Shown here: positions 24,111 through 36,120 of the stretch, piece after piece
Position numbering within the stretch: the first letter of the stretch is position 1
Layout of the letters: every line of letters starts with the position of its first letter
From: Lepidodermella squamata
Lineage: Eukaryota; Animalia; Gastrotricha
Assembly: GCA_047495785.1 (NCBI GenBank)
Contig: JBLDXI010000046.1
Span: forward strand, 620,001 to 684,000
Length of the DNA stretch: 64,000 nucleotides
Reading direction: 5' to 3'
The notes under the pieces: generated by a model
What the model was told of the DNA's origin: nothing
Database searches by the model: none
What the model saw: the letters and a program-made list of their open reading frames with translations, nothing else
Program-made: the position numbers and the translations under genes

Positions 24111-24685
24111 CGAATGATATAACAAAATGTTGACATTTGTTAATTATATCGTCCTTAATTTTTTGTTTGAAATGTTTGGCATCCTGACATCTACTCGAAA
24201 ATGTAGCCCGGTATTTTTAAGACAATTTCGGCTGTCAAAGCGTAAACTGACATCACCGTTGGATTCAGCGCGAAATTCTGCATAATTATACATGTTACAC
24301 GTTAGGATTTGAAAAAAATTGGGTTTATTGCACCCCCTAATCATCTGAAGATCGGTGATCTTTAGGAAAATTCTGAAAAAGCGAACAGAATCAGCTTACA
24401 GAAATTACCCCTTCGACTTGATAAGGGGGAATATGTATCGAAAAAAGCAGCTTAATTCATTATTCCTGCCGATTTTCCTTTAACAAGGCTGAGTTTCCGA
24501 AGTGTATTCCAATAGAAAATTATGATTCTGCTGGTTTCAAAATATGGGCCAGTATTTCCAAAATTGTCAGCTCCATGGGGGTAAGCCTATCCCCTTCAGA
24601 GCAATGCTCGCCTTAGTGTATAAAAACCACCGCAATAATAATATATGTTATTTTCGTCCTCTTTTATCTTTTAGAATTTAGAATT

Positions 24686-25858
24686 ATGAGTCGTGACTCA
24701 TTGGCTAAAAGTATTGCTCGGCATTTGGTAGCTATCAACGATGTCTGCGAGAATCTGGAAATCGGTGACCAAAAGTTTAATAACGACGAGAAGTTACAAT
24801 GGATCGCTAAAGGCTCGCAACTGCTGCACGATGCCTTCAAAGAAATTAAGGAATATCTGAGTTGCAGCACTTTCGCAAAGCCAGACATCGATGAAGACGA
24901 GGAAGAAGCGTTCGATTTTACCGAGATCTTTGACACCATCCAACCGCAGTGGCCGAAACAGCAAAGATACGCTGCGTTGGAAGGCCATTGGGAAATATGT
25001 GCAGATTCAGCCAGTTTGAAGCTAGAAGACGGCTTGGAGCTGTCATTTCATGAATTCCATCATTTGCTGGCTAAAATGGGAGCTTTCAAAGTTGCGGTTT
25101 GGAAACAGACGCATCGAAACCAAAATATCGACGACGGTGCCCCAGTTGAACAAATTCGTGTCGCCCATGTCCGATTTATGTGGCAGATGATCGACAGCGT
25201 GATGGACGAGAAATATGTGTCGAAGGAGCGAAAAAGTGACCCAGTTGAGTCGCATGGCGCTGCAATTGAATCAGGAGGGCAATCAAGTTTAGCAGTCGGA
25301 AATGATGATATGCCCTCACTAAGAGCAGATGAAAAACGGCAATCCAGCGCAAGATTATTTCTACCAGGCTGTGTTAAATTCACGCCTGTGACGCTGCGTG
25401 ACGAAAACCTTAATATGTTCAACCTTTTCATCGTACTCGCATTGGCGAAAGATTTCTCTGAGACGAACTTTAGCGAAGAAATTGCACGAGTATCAGAAAC
25501 ATTGCATCGAACCGAATCAACAAAGGCTGTGATAAAGATCGACTCGGAAACTCGGGAAAATTTAGCCCTTCGTGAAATCGTCAAGTCCGCTGTGGCTTCG
25601 CTTGAGAGAACGAAGTCAACCTCCGTAAGAATCATTTTTCTGGGCGAGAAAAATGATGTGGTAATGCGCCAGGCAGTCGATTGCTTAACCGATTTTTGGC
25701 AGGTTCCGGCTGCAAGTAGGGAAATCGAGCTCGTAGCGATCGGGGAGAATGAATTGATTCGCGACCTGTGCATGTGGCTCTGCTTGTCCGCCAACGTTCG
25801 GGGCGCCACCTACCGTCAAATTCCTCATGTAAACAGCCCGCTTGGGCTGATTGACTGA
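24686..25858 (+). CDS. Family A paralog (390 aa; shorter internally and at the C-terminus)
   Basis: Shares HL.AI.DVCENLEI, LELSF.EFHHLLAKMG.FKVAVWKQ and GCVKFTP with 17798. It ends at VNSPLGLID*, where the DYNPHG motif is degenerate. Confidence 0.65.
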   Translation: MSRDSLAKSIARHLVAINDVCENLEIGDQKFNNDEKLQWIAKGSQLLHDAFKEIKEYLSCSTFAKPDIDEDEEEAFDFTEIFDTIQPQWPKQQRYAALEGHWEICADSASLKLEDGLELSFHEFHHLLAKMGAFKVAVWKQTHRNQNIDDGAPVEQIRVAHVRFMWQMIDSVMDEKYVSKERKSDPVESHGAAIESGGQSSLAVGNDDMPSLRADEKRQSSARLFLPGCVKFTPVTLRDENLNMFNLFIVLALAKDFSETNFSEEIARVSETLHRTESTKAVIKIDSETRENLALREIVKSAVASLERTKSTSVRIIFLGEKNDVVMRQAVDCLTDFWQVPAASREIELVAIGENELIRDLCMWLCLSANVRGATYRQIPHVNSPLGLID

Positions 25859-26089
25859 AAAGCCACAATTTTTATATCCGCTGATTCAGAAAAAAAGATG
25901 CTCTTTGAATGACGATTACCATCAAGTTTTCAATATCATGCGTGATTACATCCCTTTGATTAAATAAACTTAAAATGTTTTTCAAATAACGATGTTTTTT
26001 TCACAGAAAATCTGAGAATAAATATATTTTTGAGGACAATTCTATATTTGTATGATATAGTACGAGTGTTTCATATCTGAACTCGCCAT

Positions 26090-26431
26090 ACTGTTCCGGC
26101 TGAAATCAGGCAAATCCAGCTCGTAGCAGTCCGAGACAGCAGGAACCGGTCGATTCTTGAGCTGTTTAGATGATGGCTGTGCTTGTCCGGAAGAGTTGAA
26201 AGCGTCAGTTACTGGCAGCTCACCGACTACAACCCACATGGTTTGTTGGACACGAGGAACTATCATGTCCAGGAGGTTCGAGAATCAGAGAAAGCAGACA
26301 GCGAAGGCACAATTAGGCGACAGATGATGTCGGAATTTGCAGATGAGTTATCAAAAGCCTTCCTAAGGAATTCCGCTGAGAAACGGACAATTGAAAAGCT
26401 TCCCGCCATTCAAATAATTGATAATATTTAG
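26090..26431 (+). pseudogene. Frameshifted C-terminal fragment of family A
   Basis: Near-identical to 19015-19348 (PAEIRQIQLVAVRDS...TDYNPHGLLDTRNYH...IEKLPAIQ). Confidence 0.75.
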
Positions 26432-26793
26432 AGAATGACCGTAAATGTTTACTTTATGCGTGATGACCTCCTTATTATTCTAATAAACTTTAGCTTCACA
26501 TTCTCTGAAGCTTCACTAGCGTGAGATTAGAGTTATTAGCGCCATGACCGTGAATTTCCGGTCCATAGTCTGGTCGTGGCCATCTCACATGCAATACTCC
26601 ATCGACTCCGTTTATCCTGCCAAAACGTTGCTCTTAAAGGGGAGAGATTATACGTTTATTTCGCAGCCACCCTAACAAATTCTTCATTATCATAGAACAT
26701 CTCAAAGGAGAAATGGTGAAAAATATTCGAGTTTTCTTTGCAGTAAATAGTAAGGTTGATAATGTAACAGGCTGAATTCGGCAAAAGCCTTCA

Positions 26794-27852
26794 TCATAAT
26801 GCTGACTTGATGTTCTCTCGAATCAAGGCATTCGGATCGTCGAAGTAAACACGAATTTCATCACCGGAAAACGCTTTGTCTGAAATGAGGACATTATCTA
26901 GCCAACCAGTGAATTCACCGTACAGCCGATCAAAACCGAGGGCGTACGGCTCGGTCGTCTTCTTCAAAGGCCCGATGTCACCAGTGGGTAGGCTGCTTTG
27001 AAAATTCTGAAAAATTGTGATGAAAACACCAATAAGGCGAAAAATCAACTTAATTACGGTAAGAGCTGAATAAACAGAAGCTTGATTCTGGTCTAGAACA
27101 GCACAAACAGCCGCGAAACCATTCGCTGTATTGGCTTTCACCTTGATATCATGAAAAATCGCCATTTCGTTATTGGCAAAGCCGAATTCAACGTTGAGGC
27201 GATTATCAAGATCAAAGCCAATAACCATGGAAAAATCAGACAAATCGGCAGTTATTCTTGGATTTCTGTTCGACAGCAAGCCACCATGACAATCGTTGCT
27301 GAATTCTTCCACAGAAACACACCTGTTTTATTAAAATTTAACAGGAGGAAATAGAAGACCGGATAGAAATTACCTGAAGTGGAGGCACCATGTTCCTTGA
27401 TGGCTCATATTCACCGAATCAGAAATCGGAGCAATACTGATTCGACCATTTTCAATTCGAAGCGATCCGTCGCCATGAGCATAAACAGCCTTGTCGATGG
27501 TCCAATCAGCAATCTGGTCCATCAGTAAATAATCGAACTTTTCCCCAGCTTCTTCATCGAAGGTCAGGTGAACAACTCCGTTAGCACTTCGCTCGAACCG
27601 TACGCATTTACATAGGCGTAAATCGAAGAGAAAATCCGGTTTAGGACATGAGATTGGTTGGGTTTCATCCCGGGTCAAAGCCACGAATGTAGTAGAATTC
27701 GGGCCTTGTTGTAAAATATTTCCCTTGCCGTCGAAACAGAAGGCTTTGCTGAATAGACTGGGCACGAGTAAAGCGTTGATCAGAGATGATTCAGTTGCTG
27801 ATAAAAAGCAGCTGAAAATTTCGATGAATACAAAGTAATGAATGAACATCAT
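26794..27852 (-). CDS. Secreted protein: signal peptide + small Cys module (chitin-binding type-2-like) + LamG-like domain (family B, intact copy)
   Basis: MMFIHYFVFIEIFSCFLSA, CPKPDFLFDLRLCKCV, HLTFDE...LGFD...FTGWLDNVLISDKAFS..EI (LamG C-terminus). GT-AG intron at ~27324-27372 and a probable 51-bp in-frame intron near 27007-27057. Confidence 0.75.
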
Positions 27853-28054
27853 GTTTGTTAGTTTTTTTTGAGTTTTTCTCATTTATTGAAGAAAGAGTGT
27901 ATCTGTATTCGAATATTGGCACGCGACTAGAGGCGAGAAGAAATTTTTTGTTATTATCAACTCAAGTTTTAATCTAAAAGCCTTGGAAATAGATCGTTAA
28001 ACTGTATCACAACATGGATTATATTCAAGCGAGTTAAACAATCGATTCCAGCAT

Positions 28055-29995
28055 TTAGCAGCCCGTCGACTGACAAGCTGTTGGAAAGATCGATGATCTA
28101 TCTCAACGGATTTTACTGACTGCTTTGTCCTATGAAACAAGTGACGAAAAGTGTTCATAGCACAAGGAATTTAAAACTACTCGTGGAGCAGTCGCTGCCC
28201 GTCCAACCAGCCTTGCAGGTGCATTGATTTGGCGCAATACATGTGCCCCGGAATTCGCATCCTCGAGCGCAGACAGCTATCGCAAATCTTTAATTAACTT
28301 CAATATAACGAAGTTGAGAGTGATTACGCGTTAAGCAATCAGGGGCCAGCCAGCCTTGAGAGCAGGCGCATCGATTCGGGCGGATACAAGAGCCACCATT
28401 AGGGCACATAGATGGACATAAAGCTGAAGTGATTACATGGTTTCTCTATGCTGTGAACAGGAAGATAGGTTAAACTAACGTGTGTCGCAGAGAGATCCAG
28501 TCCAGCCCGGGGAGCAGGTGCAGTTACCAGGCGGCGTACATTTCCCTCCAATGCCACAGCCAGGAGTGCAAATCGCTAAATAAATGGAGAATATATTTCA
28601 TCTTGAAGCTTAACATTTCGGCCTTATCGAACCCTTTAGTTATTTTGCGAATTTTTAAAGAACATTAAACTAAGTAGTTCAAATTGAGCCAACCGAGAGA
28701 ATCTTCCGTCCTTTATCCACTTTATCAATTCAACGGAGAAACCACTAGAAACCCCGATGGTAACTGGTTCGGTATTTTCGGTTTTTACCTGGTCCTCTCA
28801 AATTTCTTCGGATTCTCCTAAGCTCATTCGAAAGAGCCATGTTTGATTACTATTCCGATGGCACTTCAGACTTTTTTTACGATTAAGCTGGCCATGAGAT
28901 ATGACTTCGCCCTTCATTTTAGAGTTTTTGTTGCAATTTCCCCGTATTTAAGTTGTTTTCGTTACTATAATGGAAAATCTGGAATTTTTGCGCATTTTCA
29001 GGTGATTTAAATTGTATTGCTATCTGATGACTTACGAACGCTGCAGTCCCAGGCTGCCCAGCCATCCTTGCACGTACATCTGTAACCGCCCATTTGCGTC
29101 AGGTCGCCAACGCAAGATCCCGTTTTACAGTTTGCTGGGCAAGTAATTTCTTAAACAATATAGAGAATAGCGTGATTAATAGCAATCTTAAACTGCCATC
29201 ACCCTTACGATTTATTAGCTGACACTGCTCGCGAACCAGCTGCAATTGAGCGACGCTCAGGTCTGTTTTGTAAAGCGACCAGCATGCATATTTGTTGTTC
29301 CAAGTCCCAGCGTCACCCCCAATGTACCTTTGGAATTTCAAAAAAAATAGGTGATCGTTTCTGTTTTGAAGAATTAATTCAATCCAAACACACCTTCGCG
29401 CAAACATTAAGGTATCGCAGCTAGTTGGAGCTGCAGACGTGCTCAGTGGACCTGGTGTCAGCTCGCAGAAAGCCTGGTAATTGCCGCCAGTAGCGTTGTA
29501 AATGTAGGCGACGAAACGCCAACCGCTCAACAGGTCGCATGTCATTCTATTCATTACCGCCGCATCGGTTTTGGAATACAGAGTATTGACGTTATCATCC
29601 GACCACATGCGAGCGTAGTAAGCGCTCGAATTTCCGAATTCGAAAATCACCGAATTCTGACTGTTCGGTATAAACACATAGCCAGAAATTGTGAACGAAG
29701 ACGTTCCCATTTTCAGCAGCGCATTCGTAATCTCGAACCAGCTGGTTTGATCAAGCTGATTCGTTTGATATGAGCCTTGTGTTGCATTGAATGGCCCGCT
29801 CGATAAAACAGGACTGTTCGTTTTGAATGTAGCAGCAATGCCGTTGCCTGATAAATCGCGCATTCCAAAATTTGCGTTCCAGGGCCAATAAAATACTGCT
29901 GGAGGCAAATCGGCCTGATTTTTCAGAAATTTGGCGACATAATCCTGGCAAGATGCAGCGTTCAAAGCAGAGATGAAAAGTAAGACGCGACACAT
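28055..29995 (-). CDS. Secreted LamG/concanavalin-like + EGF-repeat protein, copy 4
   Basis: MCRVLLFISALNAASC, FYWPW...SFTISGY...WRFVAYIYN, then EGF exons at 28190-29150. The microexon is at 28121-28129 and the gene ends TCQSTGC*. Confidence 0.8.
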
Positions 29996-30418
29996 AATTT
30001 GTATTTTGCAGAGGTAAAAAAACAGAAAATGCTGAGTTTTCGAAGTGCGAACACTGTCGACTGATCGCACCTTTGCGGCTTGGTTGCGCATACGCGAAAT
30101 CATTGCGCAGATTATCTGCATATCTGATGAGAAGATACGCGATGTTCGCTAGCGATATCATACGTGTTGTTGGGGCGAATTATTTATCAGTAGGTCGAGA
30201 CATCAAAGCGGCAAGAGAAATCGGTTGGTTGTTCATGTCTCCGTTGAGTTCTTACATTGGTTCAAAGTTCAAATCTTTTGTTTGTGTTGAGTAGGAGGCA
30301 ATGGCGAAGACAAGCAGAGCGATTGTATAACAAAATGTCGATTAACATGATCCAGGACTTCTTATATTCGGCTGAAGTTCGTGTGAAGGTCTGCCAGGTT
30401 GTATCGGCCAGGATTAGC

Positions 30419-32297
30419 ACGAATTATTAGGCAGAACCCAAAAATAAGGCAGAATCGGAATAGAGGGTAATCAAAAGGTAATGTTCATGTAGAATAATAA
30501 AGGGCAGAACCGTATCAATAGGTAGGGCCTTGTATGAAGTGGCTTACATAATCGCCTCCTGCTGGGTAGTTCAGCGAACACTTCACGCGTGTAATAAAAT
30601 GTGGAAGGCAGTAGCTATAATAGTGATTGTTCGGTGGTTTTAACTGTTGATCTAGATACTCTTTCCCTGAGCAGCAAGTGCACGTTTTTTGCGAAATACT
30701 GCCAAGTTCCAGTGGGAATTAAAAGAAACTGCCTGAAAACGCCGTTTACTGCCATTTCTCATCTTTTTTCAAAACTTACTGCAGTTTTTGGAAAAAACTG
30801 GAAGTTAAAAGCTGGAAACCGCAATAACTTCGCGAAGTTGACAGTTTTTCATGAAACTTGGGAAATTCGGCAGTTTGCGACTCGAGACCCGAAGTTAACT
30901 GCCAGGTGAAATATTTCTTCGTCGCCGTTAAAAAAACTTTCGATTTTTCTATATTTTCACTGCGAAATGAGAAGTAGTGAACGAAAGTGAGCGAAATTCG
31001 ATGCCTCAACCTTTTGTTTTTTGCCGAAAATTCCCTGGCTCGAAAACTGCCTTCTATCAATCTGTTTTTATTTATCATGAAATTTCTCGTTTTTCTCGAT
31101 TTTTCCTAATTTTTCCTAATTATTTACCTGGATCCTGAAAATAACCGAATTTTTATCGTTTTCAGCCTGAACCATCAAGAATATAAGAAAGCCAGCAAAA
31201 TTCGATAATTTAGATATTTCGTAAAAGCCAAATTTTTAATGACTGAAAATTGTCGTTCTAAATAAAAGCTGAAATAGGGCAAAATCATTGTTATTGGGGC
31301 GCTCGATTGTTGTGCACACAGCCCTCGGGGTGTTGCGTAATCACACCATGCTTCAAAAATGTGGCTTTTTGGTTCCTTCAAATCATCATATTTTTGTTTT
31401 CAATTCCAAAACATCCATCCCTATGTCCTATTTAGTAAGAATTTTTCGTCCGGCCTCAATTTCGCATTCTGAGCTTCATCCTTGCCTTGCTACCAGGTGT
31501 GTCGACCATGCAATTTGGACAAGTCAGATATTTATCGAATTTTCAAGGTAATTTTGAAATTAATTCCGTTTTCTTTAATTTACCCGCAACTTTTGAAGGT
31601 TTGTCCCGCGAATCGATTTTGCAGTCGAACCAGTCTTAACGGGCCGGTCAGCGATTCGTAACGGTATCGATGAATAATTAACAAGGTATTTTAGTGTTCA
31701 ATTAATTTCAATTATTAATTTCAATTAATTTCTACAGGTTATCGGGCCTGCTCCAGTGGCGGTTTCTGCATCAGTCACAGCCGTTGTTCGAGCGTCTCGT
31801 GAAATATCATTCACTATTAACTTGACAATTTTTCAATTTTTCTTTTATTGATCAGTTTTGATGAATAAAATGATACTTGCATCGACGGATTTGCGTGAAG
31901 GGTAAAACTGTCTTTTTTGAAACAGAGAGTGAAAGCCGCATTTCTAATAGTGAATGCGAAGTACAAATGGCCCTGAGTGAAAGTTCTAGTGAAATTAGCA
32001 ACGAGCAAGTGACTGCGCAGTAGAAACCATCTCTCACCACAAAAACTCTCACCGCAGAAAACCACCCAGAAAACTGTCCAGCTCGGCAAAAAACTAGACT
32101 TTTGACAGAATACTGCCAACAGAAAAACTCTCGCTAATTTGCATATTTAGTTTTTTTGATTTAGGCAGTTAAAAGGCCCGAAATTGTCGCTCAGGGTTAG
32201 GTGACTGATTAGGTTCGAACAATTAAAGGGCTTATTAAAGCTTAAACCTCGTTTGAAAAAAAATACCGGGCAGGGTCTTATAATTCGCAAAATACGG
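30419..32297. mobile_element. Degenerate second copy of the pogo-type MITE, split by a 1.5-kb insertion
   Basis: 30419-30660 matches 8456-8762, and 32197-32297 matches 8765-8896 including the right TIR (...ataattcgcaaaatacgg). Confidence 0.75.
30665..32196. mobile_element. Non-autonomous DNA transposon with CCCT...AGGG termini (piggyBac-like)
   Basis: CCCTGAGCAGCAA ... TTGTCGCTCAGGG (11/13 TIR match). The boundaries coincide exactly with the break in the host MITE. A TTAA target duplication is not intact. Confidence 0.6.
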
Positions 32298-33245
32298 TGA
32301 GTTTTTATTAAGCAACCTTCATCGTTTCATTTTCCTTTTCAACCTTTTGAATTTTGATTGTTGTTGATTACCACACAACATTAGGAAATTTTTGCTGCCA
32401 TTCAACCAAGACATATCAGACGACCAAACTTTGCTTGATTGGAAAAAGGATCTCTTTACATGCTCTTTCCTGTAAGTGAAAGATAGTTCAATACATCTTC
32501 TAAAAATCGAATTTCAGCCATGACGTATATGTCGTATCGTTAAAGGTAATCCTCCCAATTGCCGATTGAGGTATCTCAATGAGCAATCTGAAAATTTCTT
32601 TTCGTCTTTAGTTTTCATCAGTCTTCAGGTTATTGAATAAAAACCTAGCACATATCAGACAGCCCGAACAGCCCTATCGATTGGTCTGCTAACAGCTAAC
32701 AGACTACTAAAGAGTACAGAATGGCCGAGGAATCCCAATAACAGTTACAGTGAAAATCCGCCAACTTTTTAAAAACTCATAAAACACGCAGATACGATAC
32801 AAGTTATTAGGCAAAATGGTATCTGCTGGATAGGCGAAGGGCGATTCTGCCACGCTGTTTGGTTTCCATATTCTTAAAACTTCTTAAAATAACTGAAAAT
32901 GACGTTGGGAACGATTCAGATTGCTCATTGAGATACCTCAATTGGCAATTGGCAATTGGGAGAAATCGCCTTTTACGGTACGACATATGCATATCATATA
33001 AACGGTTGCATTCTCCGCCCGATGAAAACATGGGAAAAGATCGATAAGACCGCATATTGATACTTCGATTAAAGCCCAAAAAATCGACAGTAATTTCCAA
33101 GGTATTTCAAAAAATCTCAACTTGAAAGTATTTAATTTCTTAGATTTATGAAAACAAATGCTGAATTATACGAATCAGCGCAAGCACGCGTGATCAATGA
33201 TTTAATGAATAATTTAGTCATTTTAAAGTCAGTTTTTGTTATCCC

Positions 33246-34882
33246 TCACACGATTCTTCCTGTACATCCCGTGCCCGAACAGTCAGGATACGGGAAAGTG
33301 TTCGGCAGAATCGAAACTTCAGTCGTGAAGACAAGCCGACCAGGCTTGTCAGCCGGGATCAAGTCGCCAATGATCGATCGAAGTTCCACTTTCTTATACT
33401 CTTTGTATTGAATTTCGATGAGAGACGCCGCCCACGTGCCATCTGAAGGAACGTCGACCTTACCTCGATACGTCCGCTTACCATTCACCATAGTCGCATT
33501 CAGCTTGGTTCGAGCCCAAAATGACTTCAGATTAACACAGAGAGTTTTATACTCAAGCCCGCAGTGACACGGCTTATCAGCATTCGCGATTCGAAAATCT
33601 CGCCGTTTGTTGCCATCAAACGCGTTGTTGCCACAAGATTTTGCATGCCATAAGCTAGCCTCATGCACCTCGCCGTTGCCATCCAAAGTCGCTACAATCT
33701 CCCCGGTCGAATTTGAAATTTGCCACGTAAAAGTTGGTATAACTTGGTTTTTCAGTTGATAGTCAATCCAAGTCCCAAGGCCAGGTAGCAGCTCTAGCAA
33801 CCCGGTAGCCATAGAGTGCTCGGCATTGGGTACCATCATGAACCACTTCGGACCAGGCATATCAGTCCACCAGTAGTGGGTATCATCCGGCTGTTGGAAC
33901 TCATCTAGAACTGCATTGATGACCAATTTTGGCATTGTTAGACGATCACGGTAGAAATAGGGATCAACCTCTTGTTGTAGCAGCTTCATATTCGGGTCGT
34001 CCAAACGAGTCATAATGTTCATGTCGATGTAGTCACCAAGAGCCCAGCCGAACCCGCCATAGGATCGCCATTGATGATGGGCAAATTCGACGAAATTAAT
34101 GGCATCCAGCACGATTGGGGCGATAGCTTTTACTCGCTTTGAATCAACAGCCCCAACATCCCACGTGGTCCAGCCTCGCTTCGAAGCCCCGGCTACAACA
34201 TAGGAATCAAGTTGATAACCTTCATTCGGGAATTTTTTGGCCATAAAATCGGTAACTGTATCCATAGCCCTTAAGGAGGCTTTCACCATTGGGAATCTGA
34301 GAAGCCATTCGGGTTTAGACGGGTCTTTCAGGAAGTGGTCCCAAGTGAAGGCAATAATCGCGTCTTCAGTTCTCGATTTCTGCAACGGGTCACTCGCAAA
34401 GGTTACGTGCTCGTTTGGAATGTTTTTCAGCATTCCAACGACTATACCTAGCCGCATAGCTAGGGCAGCACATGACAAGATTTCTTCATCCTTAGCTGTG
34501 ACTGGTCCAGCGTTGTTTGAACCTCCAGTGATCCTGTAGGGAGCAAACATGAGTCTTGAAGATTTTCAAAAGAAATTTACCATAAAGTTGCGTTTTGTTT
34601 GTATTTCACTGTATCGGGAACAATCACGTATAAGTAGTGCCACCAAATCGATTTCGTGTCAGAATTATTTGCAAAATCAGCATCAGTCAGCCACTGTTGT
34701 GATGTCATGTTCAAAGTGTACGCCGTCCAGGTATGGCGGCCTAGAATTTCCTTCCCGGAAAGAGTCTGGCCCAAGTCCACCCAGTTGTAGTGGGGATCGG
34801 GCCGCCATACGTAATCATCTAGAGCTGTGGATGCAACTCCAGAGAAAACGCTTGAAATTAGGAGAGCAAGTTGCAAAAGCAT
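33246..34882 (-). CDS. PhoPQ-activated pathogenicity-related (PqaA) / Dictyostelium AprA-like secreted alpha/beta hydrolase
   Basis: Signal peptide, TALDDYV, LNMTSQQW, WWHYL, EDAIIAFTW, GASKRGWTTW, DEFQQPD, PNAEH. One GT-AG intron near 34534-34580. Confidence 0.85.
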
Positions 34883-36120
34883 ATCGCGAAGAAAAGGTGT
34901 GGTTTATTTCACTTACGAAGCTGATAAATGAATGCGCAAAAATGAGGAGTATCTTATCAAGCCAAAGGTGAGTTAGAATGCTAAATAGATAAGGCATTTT
35001 CAAGAATATCCTCAGATTAAGCCGTCTTTCTACTACAGTTTGAGTTCGACTTCCCGGGACTGAGTAACCTCTTGATTCAGTTCAGTTGAGCTAAGTTAAT
35101 GCTGAAATTCCATTCTTAACTCACTTTTAACACCTATAATAGAGACTTGGGACTAATAGTAGACGGACTCCGACACTGCTACTTCAACCGAAAACATAAT
35201 AAGGAAAAAACGACGGTTCCCGTGTCAGACCTTGTAAAGATGGTAGGCTATGAAAACCTTTGGGAAAACAAAGTCGAGAACATTGGAGATTATGAACTCG
35301 AGAGCAGAGACATCCGAGCGGCCATGGAAAGATAATAACCCTGGTCAGCAATGGCCTAGATTTTGAAGGTCTCATCGGACATCAATCGCGATCATTCGCA
35401 TGGTTCGTTTCACTAGTTCGCGGAATTCTGACATATAATCGAATAATCTGTAAACAAATGTGACTGAATGTCTTAGCCTAATGCTTTCTGACAGCTGAGA
35501 GCTGTAGATTGAGAAAGAAGATTGATAAGCAATATTGATAAGTCATATCAATTATGCTGTGGCCACCATGGCGCCTAAATACCGACAAATCACTCAGTCG
35601 TAGGCTTCATCCGGCCTAAGCTTACACTAGGAATACTTTTATTACTTTGAAAATTGATCTAATTGGGCCGTTCCGGTGAATATGATCCAATAAAACTGAG
35701 AACTGAGCGTGACTATTGATGAAATGAATTATTAAAGGGTCGAATGATTTTTCCAGACGTGGACACTCTATTTTATCAAGTTAAATAGCATATTAATAGG
35801 GCGCATTTTGTGTCATTGACTTGCCGAATATCGATCGAGCCCACATCGAGCCCGCACAATTTGTTAACCACATCCCACATTTTACAATTTCTCGCAGACT
35901 GCCACTAATTTCTGCTTGTGGCTTTCTGAAGTCGAAGGTTCAGGAAAACTCTCCTGAAGGTTTAGATGGGTTGGTGATAATCTGGAAGCTCTTTATCCTC
36001 TTATTTCAGGCTGTAATGAATAGCAGAGAAAATTATGTAAATGAATTTTTCCCACTAATGTATCCCATAAGCTTTAATGTATTTAGACTGAAAAATTACA
36101 GTTAACTTTCTTAACGGCAA

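Noticed and set aside
21505-24344. ORF-track entries in 21.5-24.3 kb (and likewise 30.6-32.1 kb)
   Set aside because: They fall within MITE or non-autonomous transposon DNA, and mirrored peptides come from the TIRs.
35147-35335. 62-aa ORF
   Set aside because: No ATG start and no supporting homology.
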